From Candidatus Latescibacterota bacterium (GTDB lineage: Bacteria > Latescibacterota > UBA2968 > UBA8231): a stretch of 64,000 bases of DNA. Both the position numbers and the translations under genes were made by a program. Location: the NCBI GenBank assembly GCA_965243025.1, contig CBDETY010000003.1, positions 864,001-928,000 of the forward strand, in the 5' to 3' direction. The notes under the pieces are model-generated. The model was not told the DNA's origin and ran no database searches. It saw nothing but the letters and a program-made list of their open reading frames with translations. Position 1 is the stretch's first letter, and every line of letters begins with the position of its first letter. Below are positions 1 through 9,983 of the stretch, piece after piece.

Positions 1-1326
1 CTTGAGCAGTTCCGCCATGCGGAAGGTCGTGCGGTCGATGGCGGGCTTCGGTAGGTAGTTGTCGACAAGGGTCACGAGATCGCCGAGATGGTTGCCGATC
101 AAGAGCGTGATCTGCGCGTGCCTTCCCAACCTTTCGTATGTGCGCATGATTCGGTTGAGGGGATCATCATGAGCGATGACCACTAGGTGTGACGACGGAA
201 TTGTGAGCATGTCCTCAATCACCCGATTGATGTGCTCATCGCCGAAGCTGTAGCCGTAGCAGACCAAGGTGCTATTCGGTCTACAGATTGCAGCGGCGAA
301 ATCCCGAAACAACTCGACGTAGGGGTAGGAGGCGGTCTCCCGATCCTTAGCGGCGTTTGGATAGATCATGATGCGGGTTGCGTCGCCGCCTTCTAGGCCA
401 GCAGCCGAAAGGAATGGCGCGGTATCCGCAGAACCGAACGGGAGACCTATACGGCGGATTGCATCGTCATAGTCGAGCCAATCGACGGAGCCGTGCAGCT
501 TGGTGAAACGCACCACGCCTTCAAGATAGCGCGGCTCGCCACGGATTCCGGGTGGGTTGTAGTGCAGATCTACGTCCAGCCGTGACGCACGGAAAACCGG
601 CGCAAGGGTCCCAACGAATCGGTCGATGAGTCGTAGCCCTGCCACATCCCCGCCGGCTTCAATGTAGCGGTCGTAGTTCGTCGTGAAGAGCTGCAACCGT
701 TCCCGAGTTCCAGAACGACTGGCAAAGCTCATCAGGAAGCTGATGAGGTAGTTAACCGCCTGTTCACGCTTCTCTGTAGCTGCGGATACGAGACCTCGTT
801 CGCTATCCAGGATGGAGCTCGCGAAAGATTGGAGCGCGTTCGTTAAGTCGGATCTCAAGTCCGACACTTGTTTTCCATCTGGGGCATTTTCCGGATTTGC
901 AGATGCGATGATCTCCATGCCACGAAGCAGCTCGGTTGCAACTCGAATCTGGTCCTCAAAGTTCCCCTTTTCGCGTCCGGAAGCTTTGGCAATTCGCTTC
1001 GCTTCCTCTACGATCTCGTTGTTCAGACACCTAAAGTCGACGGGGTTCATTCCCGGCAGCGTCTTATTCGTCGCCAATCCGTGAACAGCGTGGGTCAGCC
1101 CCGACCCGACCAGCAAGGACAAGTGTTCGGACTGGACCAGCGCCGTCAGCCATGGCTCGATTCGAGACCGCAGCTCTTTTGTGCCAAATGGTTCATCTTT
1201 CGTTGCCCACGAACATGTCGATCCTTCCAAGAGCTTGAACGGACCTGATTCTTCAGGTAGATCATCCAGTTTCTCAAAGAAAACGGGGCGTGTATCATCC
1301 CTGCACTTTATAATTTGCTTATTCAC
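1..1326 (-). CDS. SIR2-like (sirtuin-fold, SIR2_2-type) protein, C-terminus runs off the window
   Basis: Not in the ORF track because there is no stop in the window. Manual translation from GTG at 1326 (GGAGG upstream) gives LSLLVGSGL, LFTTNYD (~670-690), KLHGSVDW (~480-501), IYPNAAKD and GYSFGDEHIN (~230-255), the motif order of bacterial SIR2-like NADase domains. Confidence 0.85.
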   Translation of the reverse strand, partial: MNKQIIKCRDDTRPVFFEKLDDLPEESGPFKLLEGSTCSWATKDEPFGTKELRSRIEPWLTALVQSEHLSLLVGSGLTHAVHGLATNKTLPGMNPVDFRCLNNEIVEEAKRIAKASGREKGNFEDQIRVATELLRGMEIIASANPENAPDGKQVSDLRSDLTNALQSFASSILDSERGLVSAATEKREQAVNYLISFLMSFASRSGTRERLQLFTTNYDRYIEAGGDVAGLRLIDRFVGTLAPVFRASRLDVDLHYNPPGIRGEPRYLEGVVRFTKLHGSVDWLDYDDAIRRIGLPFGSADTAPFLSAAGLEGGDATRIMIYPNAAKDRETASYPYVELFRDFAAAICRPNSTLVCYGYSFGDEHINRVIEDMLTIPSSHLVVIAHDDPLNRIMRTYERLGRHAQITLLIGNHLGDLVTLVDNYLPKPAIDRTTFRMAELLK

Positions 1327-1372
1327 GGGTTGGAGTCCCTCCACCTATCTGAACGCTGATCTTGGCTCTCCA

Positions 1373-4180
1373 TCACACTCGGAACACTTTCATCACCTCG
1401 TCCCCGAGGTGGTTGATCACCTTGACGGCTATCCGGCCCGACGCCGGCCTGGGGAAAGGTCGGGAGGTATCGCTGTTCAGGGTCTCCCAGACTTCCTGGT
1501 TGATCTCGGCCTTCAGGGTCGTCCGCAGGGCCTTGTAAGGGTCGTTGGCGCCGAGGAAGTAGGCGTGGCGGACGAAGAAGCTCTCCTCGTTGTAGTCGCT
1601 GTCGACGAACCAGCAGGCGATGCCGTCGGCGCTGTCGCTGCGGATCTCGCCGGTGTTGGGGTGGAAGACGTCGACGCCGTTGATCTTGACCTGGATCTGT
1701 CCGTCCTCGGCGTCGAGGAGGTCGATGTCCGGCTCGCCGAAGATGACGAAGAGGTTGCCCTTGCCGGTGTTCTTGAGGTCGTCGGCCATGTGGAGGTCGG
1801 CGTTCATGCGCGCCTTCAGGACCGGGACGCGGCCGAGCTTGCTGAACTCCGAGGCATGGGCGTCGTAGTTGAAGGCGCACGCGACGAGCACGTCGAAGTC
1901 GGCGTCGGCCGCCTCGCGCACCGCCGACACGAGATCGGGGCGGGAGACAGTGCCGAACTCCGGGCCGATGAAGATGCCGGCGCGTCTCTGGGGGCCTGAG
2001 TCCCCGTTGCCTTCGACGTAGGTTCCCTCGGCGCAGACGAGCTCGCCGGGCCAGGGTCTGATCCCGGAGAAGGAGAGGCGGTCCTCCTTGTGCGCCTGCT
2101 GAACGCCGGAGGTCTTGAGGTTGTCGAGGATCATCCCGGCGAAGTCCTGCTTCGCCCCGTACCCGAGGCTGGCTTCGGCGAGGTTGTCGATGAGCTCGTC
2201 GTTCTCATCGACGCCGAGCAGGCGGTGCGGCGACAGGCTCTCCACCGTAAAGGGGCCGGCGACCCGGACTTTCCTGTTGTCTTCGTAGGGCTTGTCGTAG
2301 AGGTATTCGTAGTCCGCCTTGGCGGCGATGGAGGCGTCGATCTCCTTCTGCCGGGCGATGCGCTGTTCCCACCAGTCCGCGTGGATTCTCTTGACCTCAT
2401 CGGGCCAGGCGTCGTCGGCGTCGCGGGGGATTTCCCATTCCTCAAAGGATGTTCCGAGGGCGGCGTTCAGTTCCTGGCGGAGCGGCTCCAGCGTTTCCTG
2501 GAACTTCTCCCAGATCACGTCGATCTCGGTGTTGTTGGCTATCGACTTGAGGGTGATGTGGGGGACCCGCTCGTACACGAAGCCGTGGCGGATGTCGTTG
2601 TACGTGGGCGCTTCCGAGGGAACTTTGCGGGAGATCTCGCCTTCCTTGACCTGGCCGTCGCGGCTGTCGGCGAGCAGGTAGTAGGGATAGCGGGCCCCCA
2701 TGACGCGGGCGCGAGCGAGCGCCAAGGCGACGCGGGAGGTGTCGATGGTGATCCAGCGGCGGCCCCACTGTTCGGCGACGTACGCGGTGGTGCCGGAGCC
2801 GCAGGTGGGGTCGAGGACGAGGTCGCCGGGGTCCGTGGTCATCAGGATGCAGCGTTGGATCGCCTTTGACCCAGTCTGAACTACGTAGACTTTGTCGTCC
2901 GTAAAGCTCCCCGTGCCGGTATCTTCCCAATAGTTGGAGACCGGCATTACTGGGAAATCCATTAATAGACGAACGTAACGCAAGCTATTTTTGGCGACAT
3001 GAAGTCGGTTAGCTCTTCCGAGCCTATCAAGTCCTGTTTCTGTGGTCTTCCATGTCGCGGAATACTTCTCGGACCGAAATGAGAAAGGAAACCTTGGATT
3101 CCCTTGCGATGTAAGGTCGCTTGGCCGATAGATCGTAGCATTAGTTGGAATAGTCTTGAGGCTCCGATTCTCACTCGCGCTAAGGCCTCGCCGTGTGCCA
3201 TCAGGTAGCTCAACCCAGTTGTAAGAACTCGCAGAGCCGTCTTCTAACGACTTCGAGATATACGGCTGTCGGAATTTCACCAGACCTAGATCTTTTGCAA
3301 ACCAGATGAGGAAGTCGTAGCGGGAAGGAAGGAGTTTTGCACCAAGACCTGTAGTTTTCGAGAAAGGAATTACCGCGCAAAAATTCTCCTCCCCGAACAC
3401 CTCGTCCATCAACGCCCGCACCCGATGCACATTCTCGTCTCCGATCTGTACAAAGACCGACCCGCTCTCCGTCAACAGATCCCACGCCACCGTCAGCCGG
3501 TCCCGCAGATACGTCAGGTACGAGTGAATGCCGTCCCGCCACGTATCCCGGAACGCCTTCACCTGCTCCGGCTCGCGTGTGATGTGCCCCGCGTTCCCGT
3601 CCTTGACGTCGCGGCTGGTCGTCGACCACTGGAAGTTGGAGTTGAACTTGATGCCGTAGGGCGGGTCGATGTAAATGCACTGGACCTTTCCCCGCAGCCC
3701 CTCCCGCTCCGCCAGCGACGCCATCACCTGCAGGCTGTCCCCGAGAATCATCCGGTTCGACCAGTTGGCGTCGTGCTGGTAGAACTCCGTCTGCGCGTCC
3801 GCGCTCGGCAGCCCGTTGAAGTCCGCGAACAGGTCGGCCTGGGTGCCGTTCCCGTTCCCCTGCTCCGCCTCCGTCTCCCTGGTCCGCTGCCGCAGATCGT
3901 CGATCAGCACCTTCGGGTGCACCTTCTCCTGGATGAACAACGGCGGCGCCTGCACCACCAGGTCCGACCAGTTCTGCTCGTCCTTGCCGCGCCAGACAAG
4001 CTGCGGGTCGAGGTCCGGGTTGCGCCGCTCGTACGCGACCCTGATCGGATTGCGGTCGTCCTCTGCCATTACCGCCTGGTACTCGGCCGTGGGGATGTTC
4101 TTCCGCGACGCGTCCTGGTGCCGGAGGCTTTCCACGGTCTTGGTTGATTTCCGTTTCGCCGTTGATTTCCGTTTCGCCAT
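1373..4180 (-). CDS. mod: Type III restriction-modification DNA N6-methyltransferase (Mod)
   Basis: 935 aa; catalytic DPPY motif precedes the SAM-binding DPTCGSGTT motif (beta-class order); adjacent to a Res-type helicase-nuclease gene. Confidence 0.92.
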   Translation of the reverse strand: MAKRKSTAKRKSTKTVESLRHQDASRKNIPTAEYQAVMAEDDRNPIRVAYERRNPDLDPQLVWRGKDEQNWSDLVVQAPPLFIQEKVHPKVLIDDLRQRTRETEAEQGNGNGTQADLFADFNGLPSADAQTEFYQHDANWSNRMILGDSLQVMASLAEREGLRGKVQCIYIDPPYGIKFNSNFQWSTTSRDVKDGNAGHITREPEQVKAFRDTWRDGIHSYLTYLRDRLTVAWDLLTESGSVFVQIGDENVHRVRALMDEVFGEENFCAVIPFSKTTGLGAKLLPSRYDFLIWFAKDLGLVKFRQPYISKSLEDGSASSYNWVELPDGTRRGLSASENRSLKTIPTNATIYRPSDLTSQGNPRFPFSFRSEKYSATWKTTETGLDRLGRANRLHVAKNSLRYVRLLMDFPVMPVSNYWEDTGTGSFTDDKVYVVQTGSKAIQRCILMTTDPGDLVLDPTCGSGTTAYVAEQWGRRWITIDTSRVALALARARVMGARYPYYLLADSRDGQVKEGEISRKVPSEAPTYNDIRHGFVYERVPHITLKSIANNTEIDVIWEKFQETLEPLRQELNAALGTSFEEWEIPRDADDAWPDEVKRIHADWWEQRIARQKEIDASIAAKADYEYLYDKPYEDNRKVRVAGPFTVESLSPHRLLGVDENDELIDNLAEASLGYGAKQDFAGMILDNLKTSGVQQAHKEDRLSFSGIRPWPGELVCAEGTYVEGNGDSGPQRRAGIFIGPEFGTVSRPDLVSAVREAADADFDVLVACAFNYDAHASEFSKLGRVPVLKARMNADLHMADDLKNTGKGNLFVIFGEPDIDLLDAEDGQIQVKINGVDVFHPNTGEIRSDSADGIACWFVDSDYNEESFFVRHAYFLGANDPYKALRTTLKAEINQEVWETLNSDTSRPFPRPASGRIAVKVINHLGDEVMKVFRV

Positions 4181-4249
4181 TGATTGTAGTCTTTCTAACG
4201 TATCACAAACTGAGTCGGTTACAGGTCGGAATCATCGATACAGCATCAG

Positions 4250-4407
4250 GTACCGCTGAAGACGGACAGGCAATCTTCGATGGCCTCGTTACAGGTTGGT
4301 CAACAGCTCTTCGAAGGACTCCCCTTGAATTGCACACCCGGGAATAGAGGGTACTTCTGTCCAGTAACCGCCCTTCTCAGCTGATGGTTCACAATTTTTA
4401 ATTTCAT
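4250..4407 (-). pseudogene. HicB-like antitoxin remnant
   Basis: ATG at 4407 overlaps the res stop (ATGA). Reading across two frameshifts gives MKLKIVNH/AEKGGYWTEVPSIPGCAIQGESFEELLTNL/EAIEDCLSV, the HicB-like signature. 3' end approximate. Confidence 0.75.
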
Positions 4408-7400
4408 CGGTTTCCTCTCGGTTGGTTTGATATTTCCGCCGTTTCAGTATCCGCCTGGGTTCGAAACCCCTCAAGCAAAAGATCGAACGCGGCTTCCACC
4501 TCGAAAACATCGGTGAACTCGGCGAAGGCCCAGCGCCCGTAGTCCCCGTGGTTGTTCACCCCGGGGACCCAGTAGGTGTCCATGGTCGCCTTCTTGTCCT
4601 TGGCGTCTTCCCTCCGGTACCCCTTGATTTCGACGACCAGGTGCAGAAGATCGCCGTCCCCCCGGCCGTCGTCGACTTGAACGATGAAGTCCGGCAGGTA
4701 GGTCCGCGTTTCCGAGCCGGACCGGTAGGGGACCTCCAGGCCGAGGTTGTGGTTCTTGACGTAGGACCTCACCTGCGGGTGGGACTCGGCGACCCGGCAG
4801 AACTCCGCCTCCCAGTCGCTGTCGAGGACGACCCAGTTGACGTGGCAGCGGCGGGAGTCGGTCTCGTACCGGCTGGTTTTAGTGGTGTTGAAATTTACGT
4901 GGGCGGTGGAACCGACGGGATTGTACGGATCGAGCACCGCTTTAACCGGGCGGGTGCCGATCCCCTCCCGGGTGATGGCCGCCGCGATCTTCTCGCAGGC
5001 CCTGTCCGCCAGCTCCTGGTACATGAGCTGGGCTGGCCAGGTGCCCCCCTTGCAGACGAGACAGCCGTCGAGCCACTGCTTGGTGATCCGCTTGAGCTGC
5101 CCGAAGAGATGGAGCTTCGGCTCCTCGCCAGGGTCGCGGTACTTGGTGTAGAGCAGGCGCTGGGTCAGGTGGAACAGCAGGGTCGAGGTGCGCAGCCCGT
5201 TGGTGTGAACGAGGTCGAGGTCGACCCCCTCGCCGATGATCCCCTGGACCAGTGTCTTCGAGGGACCGATCAGGTCGGGCGTCAACTCCAGCACCGAGTC
5301 GTCGTTGAACCCGGCTTCGAGCCGCTCTTCCGGCAGCTCCACCCGGTACCCGGCCACCCGCGGGAAACGGATCTCCAGCGCGTCCCTTTCCGGGCGCACC
5401 GCCCGCACCTGGACGGTCTCCCGCGGCGGCTTCGCCGCAGCCACCACGGGCCTGGCGGTGAAGTCGAACGGGATCCCCAGGACGTCGGCGTACTCGACGT
5501 CGAACAGGCCGTCTTCGTTGAGGTCGTAGGACTGCCGCCGCAAAGCGCGGCCCACCACCTGCTCGCAGAGCAGCTGCGTCCCGAAGGCGCGGACGCCGAG
5601 AACGTGGCTGACGGTGTTGGCGTCCCACCCTTCGGTCAGCATCGACACCGACACCACGCAGCGGATCGAGTCCCCGAGCCGGCCCTCCTTGCCGACGGTG
5701 TTCATGACCTCCCGGAGGAGATCCTGGTCGGTGATCTTCTCGGCCTGGCGGCGGTCGCCGGTGCGCTCGACGATCTCGCGGCGGAAGCGCTCGATCTCGT
5801 CGGCGGCCATGTCGCGGAAGTTCCTGTCGAGCGCCTCCCCGGACTCCAGCTGTTCGCTGTCGATCAGGAGGGTGCGGGGCCGCGGGAGCCGGGTGCCGTC
5901 GTCCTCGAAGTTGCGGAACAGCTCGAGGCGCCCGTTCTCGAACGTCTTCGAGCCGTTCTCGTTGTCGCGGTGGAAGCCGGAGATGTAGTCGTGGACCAGC
6001 TTGGAGGTCGAGGTGTTGTTGCAGACGACGATGAAGCAGGGGGGCACGGAAATCCCCGCCTCCTGCATCATCTCGAAGTTCTTCCGGTAATGGCCGTACA
6101 GCGCATCCAGGGCGTTCTGCAGCCGGACGGGCAGGCTCAGGGGATCGAGGTGGCTGGACTTGCCCCGACCCTTCTTCGGCATGTCCTCGCGGATGTGCTC
6201 CCACAGGTTGCGGAACTTCGGCATGTCGCCGCCGGGGATGTTGTCGGCCACCGGCACGCGGGGCAGCTTGACGATGCCGCACTCGATGGCATCCATGAGC
6301 GAGAAGTCGCACATCGTCCACGGGAACAGCGTGCCTTCGGCGTACCCGGACCCGCGCAGAAAGAAGGGGGTGGCCGACAGGTCGATCACCCGGTTGATGC
6401 CGAGCTTTCCGCCGGCCGTCTCCAGCCCTGAAATCCACAGCCGGGCGGCCTCCGTGTTCTTCTCGGCCTCCTTCCGGTCGTCCCCCTTCAGCGTTTCTTC
6501 CTCGACCTCCCCCGGCTTTTCGCGGTAGCAGTGGTGGGCCTCGTCGTTGAGGACGAGGATGTTCTTCAGGCCCATGAGCCCGGGCATGACCCTTTGCAGC
6601 ATCTGTCCCTCGGTCTCGAGGGTGGCGATCGATTCCCCCCGTCCCTGGAGCAGGGAACGGCCCCCCTTGGACAGCTCCATGCGCTCGCGCAGCTTGAAGG
6701 CGTGGTAGTTGGTGATGACGATCTTCGCCTTCTCGAGGTCGGGCAGCATGTCGTTGGGGACCAGCTCGCGGCTCTGGTAGTAGCTGTCGGGATCGTTCGG
6801 CTGCAGCACGCGCAGGCGGTCCTTGATGGTGATGCCCGGGGTGACCACGAGGAAGCCGCGCGTGAAGCGGCTGCTCTGCGGCCGGCGCACGGCGTTGACG
6901 GTCTGCCAGGCGATCAGCATCGCCATGACCGTGGTCTTGCCGGCGCCGGTAGCCAGCTTGAGGGCGAGCCGCGGCAGGTCGGGGTTGGCCTCTTCGTTGG
7001 CGTTGGCCAGATGGTCGAGGAAGCTCCGGCCGGCTCGCGTGCCGGGAGCGACCTCGGTGAGCCAGATGGCGGTCTCGGCCGCTTCCACCTGGCAGAAGAA
7101 GGGGCGGATGCCGCTGAAGCGGTGGCGCCGCCAGTGCCGGAGCAGGCGGGCGGTCTCCGGGGTCACCTGCCACCGGGCCTCCGGCAGCTCGCGCCAACGG
7201 TCGACCTGCCGGCGGACCCCGTTGATGATGGCGGTCAGGTCGTATTGCTGGCCGTCGGTCCCGAGCTTCTGAGCCTTCTGGTCGAAGACCATCGCCGCCT
7301 GCTGCGCCGACCCCTTGCGTTTTCGGGGCTTCGGAATCGGGGTGATGAACTCCGCCTGGCGGCGGCTTTCGATGGTTTTCCGGGTCGGCTGCCCGGTCTC

Positions 7401-7475
7401 GTCCAGCTCCCAGTGGCGGGACGGGCGCTCGTAGGGAGAGTTGAGGACGGGGCGCTCGAAGAAAGGATCAGTCAA
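4404..7475 (-). CDS. res: Type III restriction enzyme Res subunit (SF2 helicase-like ATPase + PD-(D/E)xK nuclease)
   Basis: 1023 aa; Walker A ATGAGKT, DEAHH, SATP, EQVVGRALR and C-terminal YLPDFIV...VEIKG. Confidence 0.92.
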   Translation of the reverse strand: MTDPFFERPVLNSPYERPSRHWELDETGQPTRKTIESRRQAEFITPIPKPRKRKGSAQQAAMVFDQKAQKLGTDGQQYDLTAIINGVRRQVDRWRELPEARWQVTPETARLLRHWRRHRFSGIRPFFCQVEAAETAIWLTEVAPGTRAGRSFLDHLANANEEANPDLPRLALKLATGAGKTTVMAMLIAWQTVNAVRRPQSSRFTRGFLVVTPGITIKDRLRVLQPNDPDSYYQSRELVPNDMLPDLEKAKIVITNYHAFKLRERMELSKGGRSLLQGRGESIATLETEGQMLQRVMPGLMGLKNILVLNDEAHHCYREKPGEVEEETLKGDDRKEAEKNTEAARLWISGLETAGGKLGINRVIDLSATPFFLRGSGYAEGTLFPWTMCDFSLMDAIECGIVKLPRVPVADNIPGGDMPKFRNLWEHIREDMPKKGRGKSSHLDPLSLPVRLQNALDALYGHYRKNFEMMQEAGISVPPCFIVVCNNTSTSKLVHDYISGFHRDNENGSKTFENGRLELFRNFEDDGTRLPRPRTLLIDSEQLESGEALDRNFRDMAADEIERFRREIVERTGDRRQAEKITDQDLLREVMNTVGKEGRLGDSIRCVVSVSMLTEGWDANTVSHVLGVRAFGTQLLCEQVVGRALRRQSYDLNEDGLFDVEYADVLGIPFDFTARPVVAAAKPPRETVQVRAVRPERDALEIRFPRVAGYRVELPEERLEAGFNDDSVLELTPDLIGPSKTLVQGIIGEGVDLDLVHTNGLRTSTLLFHLTQRLLYTKYRDPGEEPKLHLFGQLKRITKQWLDGCLVCKGGTWPAQLMYQELADRACEKIAAAITREGIGTRPVKAVLDPYNPVGSTAHVNFNTTKTSRYETDSRRCHVNWVVLDSDWEAEFCRVAESHPQVRSYVKNHNLGLEVPYRSGSETRTYLPDFIVQVDDGRGDGDLLHLVVEIKGYRREDAKDKKATMDTYWVPGVNNHGDYGRWAFAEFTDVFEVEAAFDLLLEGFRTQADTETAEISNQPRGNR

Positions 7476-8095
7476 GGCGGCAGATTCCTGCGGGTGGCCG
7501 GCGGTCGTCAGGCGAGTCGGGCAGGATTGGGAGGCCAGGAAGTTTCCGTTGGGTTAGTGGTGCTCTGGATACACATCAGAAATATAGGTCGATGAGCAGA
7601 GGTTGGGTGCGCTCTCCCGGCTTGGTGAACGGCACCGAGACTTCCGCGGCGCACGCCCTGGCGGATGGTGTTGGATTTACCGGATCACGAAGCCGTCGCA
7701 GACCACCTGGCGCACCTCGGTGGTGAACGGCGGTGAACCGAAGTGCATGGTCATGTCAGCCGCGAACCGGTTTGGCAATCCAGGACGGGGTGGTCAAGTT
7801 GGAGCACGTCGGGCGGCGCCAGAAAAACGGCCGGGTCAAGTGACGGTTTGAAAAAAGAGAAGCCCGCAAGGATTCGACTGTTGGTACATCAGCGGCAGTC
7901 TTACCCCTATCTGGATTGCCTGCGTAGCTGCCCTTTCAGGGTCCTTGATCGCGCCACTCAGGTTCCGCGTTTTTCCAAAAAATCTGGTATAACCTTATGA
8001 AAGGAAATGTAGCCCTCCCGGCTGCCTCGGTACGTTTGGCAGCTTCCGGAAGTCCTTCCAGTTAAACAACACCCTTCCCCACTGTTCCGCTCCGC

Positions 8096-8202
8096 GCTAC
8101 CGCGACGGACACCCCTATACGAACCGAATAGCTGAAAAGCGGTCTGTCGCGTGGCAACGGTCCCCGGCAGGCCGTCAGGGCCGTGCTGTGCCCTTCTGCC
8201 GG
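8096..8202 (+). promoter_or_regulatory. Two adjacent stem-loops in the leader of the HTH gene
   Basis: 8096-8110 pairs with 8142-8155 (one bulge, two G-U pairs); 8164-8170 pairs with 8196-8202 with inner stem 8177-8181/8190-8194. Function unknown. Confidence 0.45.
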
Positions 8203-8248
8203 TGTCCACCTGACCATCCACCCCCCCCAAAACATGGAGAGAATAGAA

Positions 8249-8473
8249 ATGACGCAAGATCAGCTGAAAAGGGCCAGAGACGCCCTGGGCATGAAGCAAT
8301 GGGAATTGGGCCTCGCCCTGGGTGTCAGTGAGGCCGAGGTGTGCCTGTGGGAGAAGGGAAAGCGAACGATGCCCGAAAGGTATCTCCGGCTTATGGGAGC
8401 CATCATCCACCACCAGGAACGGGGCTTGATCCTGTCCTGGAAAGCCTCAATCCACCGGGAAAGGAGGGCGTAA
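8249..8473 (+). CDS. Cro/XRE-family helix-turn-helix protein
   Basis: MTQDQLKRARDALGMKQWELGLALGVSEAEVCLWEKGKR matches the HTH_3 pattern; GGAG 9 nt before the ATG. Confidence 0.8.
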   Translation: MTQDQLKRARDALGMKQWELGLALGVSEAEVCLWEKGKRTMPERYLRLMGAIIHHQERGLILSWKASIHRERRA

Positions 8474-8695
8474 ATGGCAACCACCATCTGTGATATCTGC
8501 ACCGGGGTCGTTGCCGATGGCGAGTTACGCGGGGAGCTCAAGGTCGGAACGGCCAGTATGATGGCCGAGGGGAGGAAATTCGATGTCTGCATCGAGTGCG
8601 TGAATGGCCTTACCAAGTCCTCCCGGAAAATGGTGGCTTCTCCCTTCCGGGTCTTCGTGGACGAGGAGGGCAGAATCCGGGACACGAGGGAGTAA
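8474..8695 (+). CDS. Small CxxC...CxxC zinc-ribbon protein
   Basis: CDIC and CIEC pairs; AGGAGG SD; starts directly after the HTH stop. Confidence 0.7.
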   Translation: MATTICDICTGVVADGELRGELKVGTASMMAEGRKFDVCIECVNGLTKSSRKMVASPFRVFVDEEGRIRDTRE

Positions 8696-8847
8696 TGGTT
8701 TTCAAGCCGGTCTGCTGCGTTTGCGGTCAGGAAATCAGGCCCTGGCACCTGTTCTGGATGCCTACCCCCGGCCAGCATGTATGCATCCCCTGCAGCGAAA
8801 AGGAAGACCCTGGAGAGGAAAAAAGCACTGCCGACGATGGCGGATAG
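8695..8847 (+). CDS. Small CxxC...CxxC protein (50 aa)
   Basis: TAATG stop/start overlap with the previous gene; MVFKPVCCVC...HVCIPC. Confidence 0.55.
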   Translation: MVFKPVCCVCGQEIRPWHLFWMPTPGQHVCIPCSEKEDPGEEKSTADDGG

Positions 8848-9184
8848 TTTGTGGCAGGGGGGAATCGAGCAGGTTGGGAGGCAATGGGCTGGAGCCTCTT
8901 GTCCGTCTGTTGAGGAATGCCCCCGAGCGTAGCCTCTTGAGCCGGAAAGAGCCCTCCCGCATTTTGCCGATTCGTCAAGGCCCGCCTTCGGTTCCCTCTG
9001 CCACTATTTTGGGGATAGATGAACTTGCCTACCCCGCCTGATCGGGGTCAAGGCCGTCCAACTTCTGACAATCAAAAAAATCTGAGCAAGAAAAGCCGCT
9101 TGCCGAGTAATACGCGGTAGAAATAAAAGATGGGGAACGTGGGAAGGGGATTAACTATGCGCCCGGTTTCTCTTTTGGTCCTGC

Positions 9185-9841
9185 CTACCGAATGAGCGTA
9201 TCTGGAAACCCTACTGAAACTAGCTGCGTCTTTTCATCTGGCCCAACTTGCATCAATTGTAATTGACTCCAGTGCCCCGTTGCAAACTCTACCCGGCCTC
9301 CAGCCTCAGATTCTACTTCTTTCCCCTCTTCAGGCTTGCCCACACAGCTGTTATTGAAATACAAGGACATTGGCCTATGGAGTCTTGCAGCCGAAACTTG
9401 GTGCAACCTTCCATTACCGTCCTGGGCGAATAAAGGACCCTTGATTTCCTCAGCACGAGAGGAACTACCCAATAGAGGCTCCTGAATAAGGAGAGTTGGT
9501 TCCCTGGGATACACGTCTCCGGTTCCTCGGGCAAATCCCTCAGAGTAAATGACTCGGACTTCCTTCCAGTCTCTCCTCAATCCCTTGTATAGCATCTTGC
9601 CTATCAGTCGGTCGGCAAACCTTGAAAAGAGGAAGGACATCAATCCACTTGAAACCAGAACATGGACCACCCTAATGAAGCTATCTTTCGCTGCAGACGT
9701 GGGCATAAAGAAAAAGAATGGGACTTGGATTACCAGAAGGGCAAGGAAAACCAGGGGCTTCCGATATTTCCAAATGAGTTCTTTCATCCTGACCTGCACC
9801 TTTCTTCTACGCAGCATGTTGGGCTCGTGTATATCTATCAA
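9185..9841 (-). CDS. Hypothetical membrane protein (two predicted TM helices); true start may be internal
   Basis: 218-aa ORF in a more AT-rich tract; hydrophobic segments PLVFLALLVIQVPFFFFM and VVHVLVSSGLMSFLF. Confidence 0.6.
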   Translation of the reverse strand: MIDIHEPNMLRRRKVQVRMKELIWKYRKPLVFLALLVIQVPFFFFMPTSAAKDSFIRVVHVLVSSGLMSFLFSRFADRLIGKMLYKGLRRDWKEVRVIYSEGFARGTGDVYPREPTLLIQEPLLGSSSRAEEIKGPLFAQDGNGRLHQVSAARLHRPMSLYFNNSCVGKPEEGKEVESEAGGRVEFATGHWSQLQLMQVGPDEKTQLVSVGFPDTLIR

Positions 9842-9983
9842 CAGAGTGTCAGAGGACCTTCAAGCCCCTCATCATCCCGGCAAAATTTTCGGGCTCAGCA
9901 TTTCAGCCTGGCTCCACGCTCCCCATCAACAGAACGAACCCCTTCAATGAACTGTTGGTGAACCACCGACGAAGGAGAATACC

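Noticed and set aside
4142-4178. 18-bp tandem duplication at the mod 5' end (AKRKST twice) as a phase-variation tract
   Set aside because: Only two copies and in frame, unlike the simple sequence repeats of phase-variable mod genes.
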